Positions 36,300 to 50,519 are shown, counted from the first letter of the stretch. The stretch is DNA of 64,000 nucleotides from Antedon mediterranea (GCF_964355755.1 NC_092677.1:10996101-11060100), one strand, 5' to 3'. The notes: generated by a model not told the origin, from the sequence alone. Numbers and translations are program-made.

Positions 36300-36977
36300 A
36301 TTAAGTTCCCCTTACTGGAGAAGTCCCCGATAAGTTCCCTGCTCCTGGAGAGGTTCCAGATAAGTTTCCTGTTACTGGAGAGGTTCCGGATAAGTTGCCT
36401 GTTCCTGGAGAGGTTCCGGATAAGTTCCCTGTTCCTGAAGAGGTTCCGGATAAGTTCCCTGTTCCTGGAGAGGTTCCGGATAATTTCCTTGTTCCTGGAG
36501 AGGTTCCGGATATTTCCCTGTTTCTGGAAAGGTTCCGGAGAAGTTCCCCTTCCAGGAAAGTTTCTGGATAAGTTCCCCCTTCCAGGAAAGTTTCTGGACA
36601 AGTTCCCTCTTCCTGGAAAGGTCCCAGATAAGTTCCCTCTTCCTGGAGAGGTCCCAGATAAGTTCCCCTTCCTGGAGAGGTCCCAGATAAGTTCCCCCTT
36701 CCTGGAGAGATCCCAGATAAGTCCCCCTTCCTGTAGAGGTCCCAGATAGGTTCCCCTTCCTGGAGAGGTCCCAGATAGGTTCCCCTTCCTGGAGAGGTCC
36801 CAGATAGGTTCCCCTTCCTGGAGAGGTCCCAGATATGTTCCCCCTTCATGGAGAGGTCCCAGATAAGTTCTCTCTTCATGGAGAGGTCCCAGATAAGTTC
36901 TCTCTTCCTGGAGAGATCCCGGATAAGCTCCCCTTCCTGGAGAGGTCCTAGATAAATTCCCCTTCCTGGAGAGGTCA
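36300..36977. repeat. 29-30-bp minisatellite, about 23 copies, just downstream of the MARVEL gene stop
   Basis: Unit TTCCTGGAGAGGT(T)CC(C/G)(A/G)GATAAGTTCCC(C/T); starts about 50 nt 3' of the stop at 37028. Confidence 0.92.
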
Positions 36978-37027
36978 AAGTTTCATACCACAACCTTTGA
37001 GAATTACCGGATTCGTACGTACCCTAA

Positions 37028-40000
37028 TTATGAAATGACACTTCCAGTTCTCTCCAACTGAAGCGACTGATGTCGAAATAGACCATGTTTACGTCGCCGG
37101 CGAAGTAGAGTAGTAACATGCAACCCATACAAACCGAAACAGATAAATCCAATGATCTGTAAAGGAAATTTATTTTAGTTGATTAATTAATGCAAGCTTC
37201 ATAGTAATTATTATAAAACATTGACTTACTGAGTAATATTAGACAGATTATAATAAAGTTATGGCATAAAATGTAGATGTCACTATTAGTCAAGTCAAGT
37301 ATCATTTATTATCCTTTGTTTTAAGAAAAAAATTCTGTTTGCTCTGTTGGCGGAGCACAATATCCAACAGACACAACACAAACTCAAAAACAAAAACATT
37401 ACAAAAAAGTGTCTACATTATGTTTAAGGCTCTAATAGCTCCTGGAAAGAAACTATTTGTAAATCGTGCCTTATTGGCCTTAATAGAATGAAATCGCCGA
37501 CCGCTGCGCATCAACTGGAACATACTAGAGGCCGGATGAAATTGATCATCTTTGATAGCCACTGCCTTTCTCAGAAGACGATCCGAAAATATGTTCTCCA
37601 AAGGCAATTGTGCAGATCCAATTATACGCGATGCGGTCTTGACTATTCTATTTAGGTCACGCTTTTCATTTTCGGTAGTGCTACCGAACAATACCGTTAA
37701 AGAATACGTTATGACACTCTCTAAAACTACTCTTAATCAGCCATGTCTTTTATGTCAATTTTTTATATATTATATATTTTTATTGTTTTAACACATTTGT
37801 GACAGCTCTCCGATCTTATATCATATTTTTGTCAAACCATTTTATCTGTAGATAATATACAGTATATATTTTACTGCAATATTTTATTTGATAGTGCTTA
37901 GCATTCATGGCAATCCCCAGTGTGCTGCACAGTTGTCATGTATTTTTGTTTGTGCCTGCAAATTGAATAAAATAAAAGTAGAACTATAAGGGGAAACCTT
38001 CAGGACCTAATATGGTGTCCTTAAATAGGACTGAATAGGGGTTGGCTTAATATAGGTGTGCCAAAGGGATTCTATTGTTTTATCATTTTATTGTCAACTA
38101 TTAAAAGCAAGTCCCAATGAAGAATGGCAGTTTTCCATAGCATTTTAAACATAAAATTATACTTATGCATAATATTATACAAATAATGAATGTTTTATAT
38201 TCGCGTAATGGTACAAATAACGGCATGAGGTGAATGACAAATAGTTATATTTCAACGAGGGGAAGATGAACTAATATCATTTTTTGTTTTATCTAAATAG
38301 ATTCCTGTCATTTAAATCAGATTAAATAAAAGGAGGGTTAGGTCTTTGATTCACATTGAAATAGTAACGTTTATTTGGTTTTTTAATAAATATATATTTT
38401 TTGGGGATTTCATAAACACACCTACTGTAATGTTAATTATGTCAACAAACAACAAAACAGAAAAAAAAAATTTACATAGTTACTTGCCAATAAAGATACT
38501 AATGATTTCTACAAATATTGAAAACATCATGGAGGTGCAACATGAGTTAGCAGATTTTGCTTGTGGGAAGTCTAGACAAAACCTGCCACTCCTACTTTGA
38601 ACATTACAACATTACAATTAAATAAAATAGGCCAACCTCGGGCACAAGCACAATGACATTACCATGGTATTATATAACTCCATTTAAATTAATTCCCTGC
38701 CACATTCTTATACACATACAATACTCTATTATAATGCATTTCTTTAGTAGAATATTGAATGTAAATGATCTACAATTTAGAAAGCACTTTTATTACTTTT
38801 TGATATTGTGTTGTAGTTTTTCTAAATCGAGGGGAAGTTAGCATTTTAACACAAAATATATATATATAAATGAATAGACACTTCCATCGAATAAATGCCG
38901 ACTAAAGGCATTTTTTCACACCTTTGGAAATCAACATGTGTCCTCTTAGTAGGAGTGTCCATTAAATAGGGGTGTCCATTAAATAGGGATGTCCATTAAA
39001 TAGGGGTGTCCATTAAAGAGCAGTGTCCATTAAATAAGGGTGTCCATTAAATAGGGGTGTCCATTAAATAGGGTGTCCATTAAATAGGGTGTCCATTAAA
39101 TAGGGGTGTCCATTAAATAGGGGTGTCCATTAAATAGAGGTGTGCATTAAAATAGAGGTGTGCATTAAATAGGGGTGTGCATTAAACAGGGTTGTCCATT
39201 AAATAGGTGTGTCCATTAAATAGGGGTTTCCATTAAACAGGGGTGTCCATTAAATAGGGGTGTCCATTAAACAGGGGTTTCATAGGAAAGTGTCCACTGT
39301 ATTAGTAATGTCCCAAATGAAGTACCAATATTACAATATTATTTATCATTATGACTGGTCTGATATCAATCTTTTTTCTAATTTGGCATAAATTTTTCAT
39401 CATCTATCTAAACAAACCAACCATGCACCATTATAACCAATAGTCACTGAAAATTCCAACCAAATATTTTACCTAGTAAATAATGTAAAAATAATCTTTC
39501 TATAACAGTTATATTTAATCCAGATGCCCAATCACATTGTTTCTATGGCAACGTTAATTGATAAGCTCACCATTCCAGCAAGTAAAATACTGCGATCAGT
39601 CCACACTTTGTTTTTTCCAGAAAATTCTCGATAAGCAGAGCCCACCATTGCAGTAGAAATAAGGTACAATAAGGTCATGACTCCACTGATTACAATTTCC
39701 TGCAAAATTATATAATAAAATTCAAATTATTATTTATCTTTTTCATTCAAATGATCAAAAAGGGTCTTAAACACGGAATGAGACTTTAACTCTGTCTACA
39801 CTATCAAAACTAGTTTGACAAATAATATGTTACTGTTAGTGATATGATATATGGATCATGTCCATATATGGGCACATCACATTTATTGTCACATAAAGTT
39901 TGATAGTGTAAACAGACCTTTAAAAATCCCAGACCACTTATTAAATTATTCAAATTCTTCTTTTTACTATAAACTATAAGTATAAATAATTTTATTTTTA

Positions 40001-43000
40001 TATCTAATGTCACAAACAATTTATAATCTGAAAATACAAAAGGACTATTAAAACACACTACTTTGATTTTTTTTACCGACTACTGAAATGCTTTATTTGT
40101 CCATTGTCATAATAAAATAACAATAGATTAAATTCATCTTAAAGATTGGAAAATATTACTACTATATTAGTACGAAAAAGACAGATAAATTAAAAATATA
40201 TAACAAAAATCCATATACAGAGTACACACGTGATATTGCACAAAAGATAAGTTTTAAAATGGAGTAACAATTTTGAAGTTTAAACTAATAAAAAAGCATT
40301 AAAACGCTTAAAAAGTTCAAAATGTATTCTATTTATATATACTGTAGAGATTAAAGCAAATAACATCTGAATTAATCAACAACAAAAAAAGAGAGAAACA
40401 TATCTGCATATTTGCCTCTGGTCAAAACACATTTCAACATTAAAGCAAATTCAAAAACAAATATCACAATCACATGGAGCGAGTGTTGATAACTGCAATC
40501 ATGGTGCAATAATTAGACCAAACCTCATGCAAGGAGCAGAAAATCAACTGTACTGTATGTTAAAACTTTATGTGGACATGATGTCATATCACTACCTACC
40601 ATATTTAGGCATATTACTACCACATTTAGGCATATTACTACCATATTTAGGCATATTACTACCATATTTAGGCATATTACTACCATATTTGGTCACATCA
40701 CACTTTTTTGTTAAACTAGTTTGATAGTGTAGATAGAGCTTTAGAATAGAGATTGTCTCTATCACCTTAATAGGTGTTCCCCAAACAGTGGTTTGCTGTA
40801 TACTTCTATATGTCATATTGTCCTCTTCATAGAGATGACCCTGAATAGGGATGTCCAAAAGGAGGAATTATATTGTACTAAAATATCAACTAGAGAAAAT
40901 CAGAGACTGCAAAAGATTTCCAATTGTCATTTTCTGTGACCAATAACCCCAGGTCAAAGGTTACAACAAAACATTGACTTTAAAACATACAGTCCTAAAG
41001 TGCAAGTGTGAAGCATATAAAGATAAATTTCCACTGTGTAAACTATATGGCCAAAGGCATTCATTTAAAATCACTGCTTTTCTCATTCAAATGGTCAGTA
41101 AATGTCTGGTCATCCAATAAACAGTACACCTATGCCAACCCCTGGTTGGGTAACTGGTTTTTTTCAGTCTTTGGTCAGCGAAGGTTGGCCAGGGGCTTGG
41201 CCATCTTTTATTTTTGACTAGACTGACTTATGACCTCACTGATTCAATAAACTGAAAAGATTATTTTCACATAAACTTTGACATGGCACCCTTAAAAGTT
41301 TAAACCACTTGTGTTTTTTAAAACATTTAAACAGGTCACTATAAAGATACACTTATGGTATGCAGTAGAAATATTAAGGTGACATCTTCAACATTTTGAA
41401 TAAGAAGGTTTGTCCCCTAAACAAGGATTTCTCCTCAATAGGTGTATCTACTCAATATGGGTGTCCTTTCAACAGGGGTGTCACCTCAACAGGGGTGTCT
41501 ACTCAATAGGGGTGTTCCATTAACAGGGATGTCCCTTCAACACAATAGTGGTTTCCCCCTCTGTATATTTTTCACTGTCTGAAGAAGTTGACTTGTTCCC
41601 CACATCGGTCAGGAATTGTCTTTCCGGTTAGATTTACAACGATTTACTAGAGCGAATGATGTATTATATATTTATGTAGTCTTATTGAAACCGTGAATTC
41701 TCATAGATCATTCAGACCAATGACGCAGTCTCCATACTGCTATTTCAACATTGTCAAATGTAACGACTGAACACACAAGATGTAGTCTCACAATGTTCAA
41801 TGTAGACATAGTGCCGTAGGTGCATTTAAAATGACATAAGGTCACCAAAATTGTTATACAAGGTCAACAAACTAACTAAAAATGCTGTAAAATTTGAACT
41901 ACAGGTGAATGCTTCACTTTGGCCAATCAGGAACAACTTTTCTAAAGGATATCTTGAGCATGCCTACCAACACATGTGCAATTGGCAGAGCGGTAGGGTC
42001 TATAACTAATGATTGCAGAGTGCGCAATTTTCCAATAAATAAACCTTTTGTTTTTACACAAAATTTTACAAGTAATGCCAAGCTTAATGTCTCATCCAAA
42101 CGACAATGCTTTGGGTTTAAAATATCATGCCTAATGACTCCATGCACATTTTAAACTCGCAGCCACATACACAAACGCCAGATAAATTCTGAAAAATTGT
42201 GCATCCTATGTTCACAATATGGATTATAGAAATATTTAGAAATAATGTTATGGATTTTAACTATCTTTTGCAATAAATAAAATGTTCTTAATATAAATAA
42301 GAATATTCAAAAGCATGGTGAAAATTCATAAAGCTAATTAAATTAGTTTAGCAACCCTTAAGAAAAATGAATCCACCTTGATTGCCTAACATAACACACA
42401 ATATGAGTAGGTTCACAGATTGCGATAATGTCAAACCCAGGCCGTTCCTAACCTACCTACACACCCCAAGGCATCAAGACACTACCCTAGTTGATAGCTG
42501 ATTTCTACAGGTCACTTCCTACGCAATATCCCAGAGTGCACACGTGTTACGTCAATGGCAACCGTCATCAGTAGCTGATGATGATCTGGTTTAGTGTGGT
42601 CACCCAGCTGGGAACCTGTTGCTGCACTTGGTCTATCTATCTTTGGTAAGTTGTTTTTTTTCTTCCAATTCTATACATATTTGTACTACTTAATATAAAA
42701 TAATAAATAAACTTATATCTATACTAAACTTGTCTAAATCTTGTAAATTCACTGCTGCAGTTATAGCCCATCGTCATATAGTACTCATTCTTAGCATACG
42801 ACATATTTTAATATGTCGTATGCTTTAAAAAGCAGTTGGTAGAAAAGAGTCGGGATGGTCTCTTAGTTTGATAACATGGTACTGTACTGGACCCTCTAGA
42901 AGAAAGATCTTGTACTGAAGGGATCACCCAGTATAAAAAAGAAATACATTTTTTTTAAACAACTTTTAAAAATTCAATCCAAAATATTACTGATTAAGTA

Positions 43001-43758
43001 CTGTAATGGTATCTTTTACCTTTAATTCCTTTAAATTGTTTTATATATACTGTATGTTTTGTAGATAGTTACCTTTTTGTAAATGTGTGTGTAATAATGT
43101 AAATTACCTTGTTAGTTGTCTTTGAATTATTTTTATTATATTGTTAATGTTTCTCTACTGAACCACTTTGGAAATCAATGCTTTAGCACTGAAAGTGTCA
43201 TTCAGTACAAAGACAGAATAAATAAATAAATAAATAAAAAGACACAAAATATTACAAAATACAGTACTATCATCCATCAACCAAGTTCATTTAGAACTAG
43301 ATAAAATCATTTATAAGATGATAGTTTAGTTTAGCAGGTTAGGAAAATTTTGCTGTTGGGGAATAACAAATTATGAACTATACCCTGAAAACACATTACA
43401 ATCGTCAACTATATATTGTCACCGAGTAGGACAGTGCATATATTTGGTATTGGTAAACTTTGACAGTTCACCTAAAAAAAAAAATTAAATTAGACAAACA
43501 CCTGTCACCACAGAAAAAAAACAAAACAAAAAACAAACAATAATAATAATTGGATTATCATACCAAGGATAGCCAGTCAATTGCCATCATACGAGAAATC
43601 GTTGACGCGTGTATAACAAGTAAAAGGAACGCTATTAGGATCGATACGACAGATGTGAAGACGAACACTCTGAAGCGCCAAGCCGCTGGTAGCAACAAGT
43701 AGCTGTCTCCGTTGAACGATGTTGACGTAACACAGATCAGGGCTCCGACTGACATTAA
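37028..43758 (-). CDS. MARVEL-domain membrane protein (CMTM/MARVELD-like), last three coding exons; first exon not located
   Basis: Phase-0 GT-AG exons 43564-43758 (LMSVGALICV...FVFTSVVSILIAFLLLVIH...IDWLSL), 39571-39699 (EIVISGVMTLLYLISTAMV...ILLAGM) and 37028-37156 (IIGFICFGLYGLH...*). Four hydrophobic helices with the MARVEL-like W..(L)E...LY...GF....Y pattern. Confidence 0.75.
37288..37730 (-). mobile_element. 5'-truncated Rex1/Babar-like LINE
   Basis: ORF2 C-terminus ESVITYSLTVLFGSTT...LNRIVKTASRIIG...DDQFHP...SGRRF...RFTNSFFPGAIRALN; tail AATAAA...(CTTGA)n. Confidence 0.8.
38951..39300. repeat. 18-bp minisatellite (GGTGTCCATTAAATAGGG), about 18 copies, ending in a MITE-like terminus
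   Basis: Tandem array closing with GTGTCCACTGTA; the unit resembles the GGGGTGTCC...AATAG subterminal repeats at about 20840-20940 and 41430-41540. Confidence 0.88.
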
Positions 43759-44432
43759 CTGAAAAAATAATTTAAATAATACAATTAGATAGTCATTTAA
43801 TGCTGTACTAAAATTAAGAATAGAATTTTTCAAAGTTAAAACTTTCTGGAGTTTAGAACTTTCCTAGTTAAGAACTTCCGGATTTGGCTATAGAACTTTA
43901 TAATCTGTAACTATGTTAGGATTAAATTGAATAAAATTATCTCCCTTCAACAATATTATTTGAAACCAAATTTTTGTTTATAGTGAAGGAAAAGGTTACG
44001 TTGATGTTTCATGCGTTATCATCGCACTTTTTTAAGGTAGCAAGGTAGTCAGCTTGGTTTGCCGACACTGATCATGGCAGTCACGTGTTGTTGCTACATA
44101 TATTAGGATTAAGCATTGTTTTTTTTGGGGGGGGGGGGGGGGTGATTAATAAAACACTAATTAATAACATATTCAATCTATAATTGATAATTTTTATCAA
44201 CTGAAATGCCATATACTGCTGTAGGAAAGGTAACAAAGCACAAGTTGATATTTACATTAACAACACAAAAATATATGTAGTGTCTCATAGTATATTACAT
44301 TATTGAGTAAGACACTTCTGTTCTAAATATAATTAATACAGTGTTTTTAATTTTTTGTGGACAAAAAAATAGATATTGAGTATACCAAAGTGGTATGTGT
44401 GTAGGGGAACTGTTAATGTATACCACTGTATA

Positions 44433-44535
44433 CAGTAGAATCCATTCTTTGGACACACCTATTTAAGGCGAACTAGTGGGATAGTTAATTAGGATGGTTC
44501 TTAACACCTCTATGTCCTTTATTGGAGTTCTACTG
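44433..44535. mobile_element. Tc1/mariner-pogo-like MITE
   Basis: TA-CAGTAGAA(T)CC...GGAGTTCTACTG-TA; related ends at about 14320, 24837, 37978 and 57260. Confidence 0.55.
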
Positions 44536-45964
44536 TATGCTGTGGGTATATCTACAAAACGGTACACAAAGCAAATTCAATCTATTAACTACCATAATTA
44601 CAAATAGTAATTGGTAATAGCATCATAACTGGATATCAGCTGATTAGATATAACATGATAAATCAATTAAATTTCTTTGAGCAGCAATAGTGTCATTGAC
44701 AACCACAAGGTGGTGGGTAACCTTGGCATTGTAGCCTATAGGTAGATCCATTAACCCCTGACCTTTGCATAACCTATCACTAGGAGTCAAGGTACCTCCT
44801 CTAAGGTGGCCATGTACAGTTTATTCAGTTGAATGTATTGACAAAATGAAAAAGTAACAATTTAATATAATTAATGATTAACACTGAAAAAAAATATTTT
44901 ATGAAACATGTTGAGTAGGTGACCTAGCTGGGGTAATCAATTTTTTTTTTCAATTCAAAGAACATTTATTAATCTGGGGAGATCCGTTCGTAAAATTTTT
45001 TAACTGAACAATCTACTGTATATAGTTTTCCCTTCTATTAAAACTTTTCTTTAGACATACTATTTTGTTACTTGAATTATAAAAACATCATAAAAGAATA
45101 ATATGGATACACTAACAAATATATTCTTCATAATCATTAGCAAGGAAGTATGTATCCTTTTATGTAGAAATAAATAACGAATATCCCCACTTTAAAATTA
45201 CTGTATTAAATTTCTTAAAGTGCAATCTAGTTTATTCTAATCTATCTGCTTATTTCGTATGCAAATTAAGGTAAATTATACATGGGAAAATTGTCCCATA
45301 ATGTCTCAAGGTGATAAATAGTGACAATTTATTACAGATCTGATGAATTACTAATACCTTGTGGATTTAAAGGATAGAGACAAAAAAAAACTACAATAAT
45401 CAGTTTTTTTAAAGGATAGTATTTCATGCATGCATTGGGAAATTAAACACATGGATGTGTTTCAGATATAAGTTACTGGAAATGGACATGAATTCCATCA
45501 GCCACCCACGTGCCAAATTTGGTTCCGCATCAAAGAAGATCATCTGTGTTTTTTCAAGAAAATAAATTTATACATTTTTTTTCTATCAAATCAACTAATT
45601 GCTCTTCTTCTACCAGTGGGTTATTTGGCTGCACTTAACATAAACACATCATGTTCCCTATAGGAGCACTATTAGCGAGAAGAATCATTCTAAAATAGTA
45701 ATTTCAATTGCCAAAATTATGATTTTAAGGTGATCTTACAATCATCTTATACGTATTATTAATTGCTGATGTATTATTATTTTTTGGAAATCACAGGAAT
45801 ACCGTTTTGTATTCAAATAAATAACAAATCACGAAAATACAAACAATATCAGATAGGGCTTTACTGTTCATTGCCGTACAGAAATTAAAACAAAAAGTTT
45901 CAGGATATAGAGGGCAGTAGACCAACAATATATATAACCACATCACATTTTAAAAAGAGATATC

Positions 45965-46422
45965 TATTATACAAATAAGGAATGTTTATGAGTGTAACAC
46001 TGTAATGGTACAAATAATGGCATGAGGTGAATTATGAAAGGTTATATATAAACGAGGCAACGTCGAGTTGATATTTAACCTTTTATCATTCACCAAATGC
46101 CATTATTTGTACCATTACACGAATATAAAACATTCATTATTTGTTTTATATAACATCTAAATAGATTCCTGTCATTTGAATCATTTAAATAAAATGTAGC
46201 CCTAGCCAAGGTCTACATTTCATTCACATTGATTAAAACCGTAACATTTGGTTTTTAATAATAATAATATTATATTATAAATGTTATATGTATAAAGATT
46301 TTTTTTTTCGTCCACGAAAAAAAGTACTATAAAACAATCATTTAATAGTGCATACTATTACACGCCATGTGACCCACATTCGTTCAATCAAATGACAGGA
46401 ATTTATTTAGGTGTTATATAAA
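45965..46422. mobile_element. Non-autonomous repeat with inverted segments
   Basis: TAATGGTACAAATAATGGCAT / ATGCCATTATTTGTACCATTA and TTTATATAACATCTAAATAGATTCCTGTCATTT / AAATGACAGGAATTTATTTAGGTGTTATATAAA inverted pairs; related copies at about 21640-21760 and 38175-38400. Confidence 0.6.
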
Positions 46423-47657
46423 GTATTATATATCTTGGCAGTAGCTAGTACATGCTGGATGTAATCCATTAGGTCAGAATGTTAAACACAAAGTATGTTA
46501 AGTGCCTACTAGTGCATCACATGTCTCAACCATAGTTATTATGTCTATTTATATTTTACTATATTCTTTTATACTAAAAATGTGCAATAAAATCTAGTAG
46601 TAGTTGATTTTCTGATTTCTGGGGTACTAGGCACCAGAATGAATACAATTGATTGGTCAATTCAAAATTGCTCATGCATGCAAATTTTATTAACCTATGT
46701 ACAAAGTTATTATGTCTGTTGTATTACCCTTTTACACTAAAAATGTACAATAAAATCTCGTAGTTGATTTTCTGTTTTGATATTACACTGTGGAAAAGTA
46801 GCAATTCAAATTTTACATTTTACATACATACATATTTTCTATCTTTATATTTTAAAAATAAATGTAAAAACTATTATTTAAATATTCTGACATTTAAAAT
46901 TAAGTGGCAGGCGATACAGTAACTAAACCAGTCACTTAAAATATATTACTCATCAGTTTATTAAATTAGACTTGCATAAGTAAGTATATTTTTATCGACT
47001 TTTAAAGTAGCCGGTAATATATAGTAACCAGTCAATTTGAATATATCAAACCCATGCTTTAAGTCGAGACACCAAGCGGTTAAGGCAAGGGCGTCGCTGC
47101 AAACTGTAGCTATACAATTAGCACAGGTTCTAGTAACTCCGCCACCATTGAATAGAGACTTAAAACTGGAGGTCCAGTGTACACATCCAGCTCGTGTGCA
47201 CTTTAAAAGAACCCAGTACATCTTTCTTCAAACGGGCACCATTTGGTGGCAGCACTCGACACGAAAGGACTCTTTGGGAGTAAAAAGTTGTGGCATGCGT
47301 CATCCTCATTTGTGCGTAATTCAGCCCAAAAGGCTGCAAGTTGCAGGTTATTCCAATTTAATACTAATTTGGAGTTTTTTAGGTGAGCAAAAATTCTGTA
47401 AATAGTAACTATAACCATTCATTTTGAAAAAATATCAAACCCATGCTTTAATATCTCAGATTTTGACTTTTTAAAGTGGAACGGAATACTGAATACTAAA
47501 TATTGTAATAACTAAATATAGTAATAACTAAACCAGTCATTTTGAATATATATCAAACCCATGCTTTAATATCTCAGATTTTGACTTTTAAAATAAGCTG
47601 ACAATATAGAAACCAAACCTATCTATCAAAACCTAACAATTTTAAATCAGATGTTTC

Positions 47658-47979
47658 AAGATGTATTGTCCCCAAAAAAACATGAAAATGAAGATTGATT
47701 AAATCAGACTTTGAAAGTTATTTTGTAGTTTTAATTAAGTTAATCACTTCCGTAGAAAAAGAACCAAAAAAAATAATGTTTTCACTTATAAAATAACATA
47801 ATGGTTAATTCAACCAAAAATCCATTGGCTGGCAGTCACTTTGACCATTTTTTGCTTTAAATTACATTTTTTTCAGGTAAATACATTTTTTTTAGATTCA
47901 ATTTTAAGTGGATAACTAATATGTGACATTAAAATGGCATGTTCAACAAAAAATATTTTTCCGGGAGACAATACATCTT
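47658..47979. mobile_element. Non-autonomous DNA transposon, possibly Kolobok-like
   Basis: TIR AAGATGTATTGTC / GACAATACATCTT; related copies at about 26712-27007 and 35841-36080. Superfamily is uncertain. Confidence 0.55.
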
Positions 47980-49644
47980 CAAAAGAACAGTATTAGTACT
48001 TGTATTTCACTAGATCAAACTTGGCATTTTTTCAGTACATAACACATTGTTTATGTAATAATATTACCACATTCATATATCAAGCTTTACACTTAATCCT
48101 TTAGGATGATGGATAAGAACAGTGAGCGAGTTATCAGCAGCAGCAAATGAGCATTGCATTTTAATTAGTAGATGAGATAATAATCCTTTTGTTTTCCACA
48201 AACCGCTTCTATATTCACATCATCCAATATTTCTTATCATTAATTAGATAAATTTAAGTTTACTTAAGCTTTGATTAAAAACAATACAACCTTTCCCCTA
48301 CATTTCTGTAAATGAACGCCAAAATGGTTTAACACTACGGCCAACATCTATTCAGGGGACACTGGCTCTACTGTGTTGTCAAAATTTTCTTACACCATAT
48401 TTAATGATGGTGATCCATCCAGCAATTGCTGATCATTAGGGGCCCTCAGTAGTTCACAAGACAAACATACACAAGACGCTCTACATAAACAAAGTCTTAT
48501 TACAAGTCTTTGGGAGTGGAGTTGTAATTTTGTCTTAGAAAAAATCCTGACATGTGACGGGACTTCAACCCTTGGAGTGGTAGCCAAGCATCATAACCAC
48601 CAGAATGTTAAACCCATGTACAAAGGTTAACACCAATTTTTCAACTGGTTGGTTGGCTTAGTGGTGTGGTACTGCGGCTAGGGGTCTAGAGGTTTTTTAG
48701 GTTCAATTCTCAATCAATTTTTGTTAAAATTCACTATTGCCTTTTACAAACAATCGTCTTTGCCCATCATCGTCTTTACCCACCATTGTCTAGGGATGTC
48801 TCAACGTTAGCGTATGTGCAGTTGAGTTCCGGTGCCGAACTCTAACCACATTTTTGTTCAGCTTTCAAAAGAGCTCTGGCAAGGTTTCTATCTTAGTCTG
48901 TCTACAGTATGCCTCCTTCACTACAGAATTACAAAAATATCTACAGTATAAAATATATTTTTCAGAAGAAAATGTACTGTTTAAATATATTCATGTTTTT
49001 TTGATATGTGTACAGTACCAGGAAAGTGATTCAATTTATTGAAACGTTTGCTTAACTACTTTTCTACATTTAAGAGACTATACATTTGAGATTTTAAATT
49101 TTAGCTTTTAATGTTAAAAATACAGCCTCTAAAGTACTATAATGCTTGGTTCTACAACATCATTATGCCCTAAAGTCATGCATTGAATCACCGTTAATAT
49201 ACATAAATTAAATTTGTATTGATTGTATACACTTTTCCTATTCTGTTTCAATATTAAATTGGATAATTTAATTAATTATTTTACTTTGTGTTTTCAATAC
49301 TATAACAACACAATTGCAGATATATTTGTTCAAAAATAGCTAATAATAGAGCAAGTAGTCTTCAAATTATGATGGATTTCGAAATTCTCATTATCAAAAA
49401 GAATCTTCTAATTTCTAATCTTTAAAAGACAAACTTTAATAATACGGTAAGTGGTGCATTTTGAAACATAAATTCTCTTGTGGATATTCTGGTCTAATGC
49501 ATATATTGACAATTCAAAGTGAAACATGATCAAAAAGCAAGAAGATGAATGCAACCAAGCATACTATAAAGTTTCAGTTAATCCCACAAATGTATTTACT
49601 ACGATAATTATAGCATTTTAAACTACATTCCTTATAACTCAATT

Positions 49645-50122
49645 TTCAATCGTGACCTAGTGACACGGTTCAATCGTGACCTAGTGACACGGTTCAATCG
49701 TGACCTAGAGACAGGGTTCAATCGTGACCTAGAGACAGGCTTCAATCGTGACCTAGTGCCAGGGTTCAATCATGACCTATGGCCAGGGTTCAATCGTGAC
49801 CTATGGCCAGGGTTCAATCGTGACCTAGTGCCAGGGTTCAATCGTGACCTGTGCCAGGGTTCAATCGTGACCTAGTGCCAGGGTTCAATCGTGACCTATT
49901 GCCAGGGTTCAATCGTGACCTATTGCCAGGGTTCAATCGTGACCTATTGTCAGGGTTCAATCGTGACCTAGTGCCAGGGTTCAATCGTGACCTAGTGCCA
50001 GGGTTCAATCGTGACCTAGTGCCAGGGTTCAATCGTGACCTAGTGCCAGGGTTCAATCGTGACCTATTGCCAGGGTTCAATCGTGACCCAGTGCCAGTGT
50101 TCAATCGTGACCTAGTGCCAGG
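49645..50122 (+). repeat. 24-bp minisatellite (GGGTTCAATCGTGACCTAGTGCCA), about 20 copies, SINE-derived
   Basis: The unit and right flank (GTAACTCACAACTC...TTCAACT) match the reverse complement of the SINE at 18395-18539. Confidence 0.92.
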
Positions 50123-50519
50123 TTTGTAACTCACAACTCTTTCAACTCCACTCACTAAGCTTAGTTTGTAAGCATGATAAATTATACACAATATCCATCC
50201 TCTAATATAGATCTGTGGAAAAATACATATTTTAAATTTGCTTTCTTGAATGCCACTTTAACTTCACAATACTTATTCACCTATACTATGGGTAAACAAT
50301 TTGATAACAAAACAAAATTATTTACTGAGAAAAAAAAGGAATGTAAGTTAAATAAGAAAAATAATAGCCAAATTGGAGCCCGGCTAAAATTTACTTATTA
50401 TAATGCATATAACCTCTTGATTCTGTCAAAATCTTTATTTATTTATTTATTTATTCTTTCCTTAGCACTATTTTGTCCGTGAATTATCTTGGCATCAGTT
50501 TCATCTAGCTAGGTCAAGT

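Noticed and set aside
36230-36993. Repeat-protein ORFs of 123-230 aa
   Set aside because: Frames shift between 29- and 30-nt units and both strands are open, as expected for a minisatellite.
41909-42154. Overlapping ORFs of about 80 aa on both strands
   Set aside because: No recognisable motif or splice-consistent link to the surrounding gene.
43384-43471. Possible poison exon in the MARVEL gene
   Set aside because: The acceptor is only a poly-T run plus AG and the donor GTATAG is weak; no support without RNA data.
47037-47418. 122-aa ORF in a GC-richer block between short direct repeats
   Set aside because: No recognisable domain; probably an unclassified repeat insertion.
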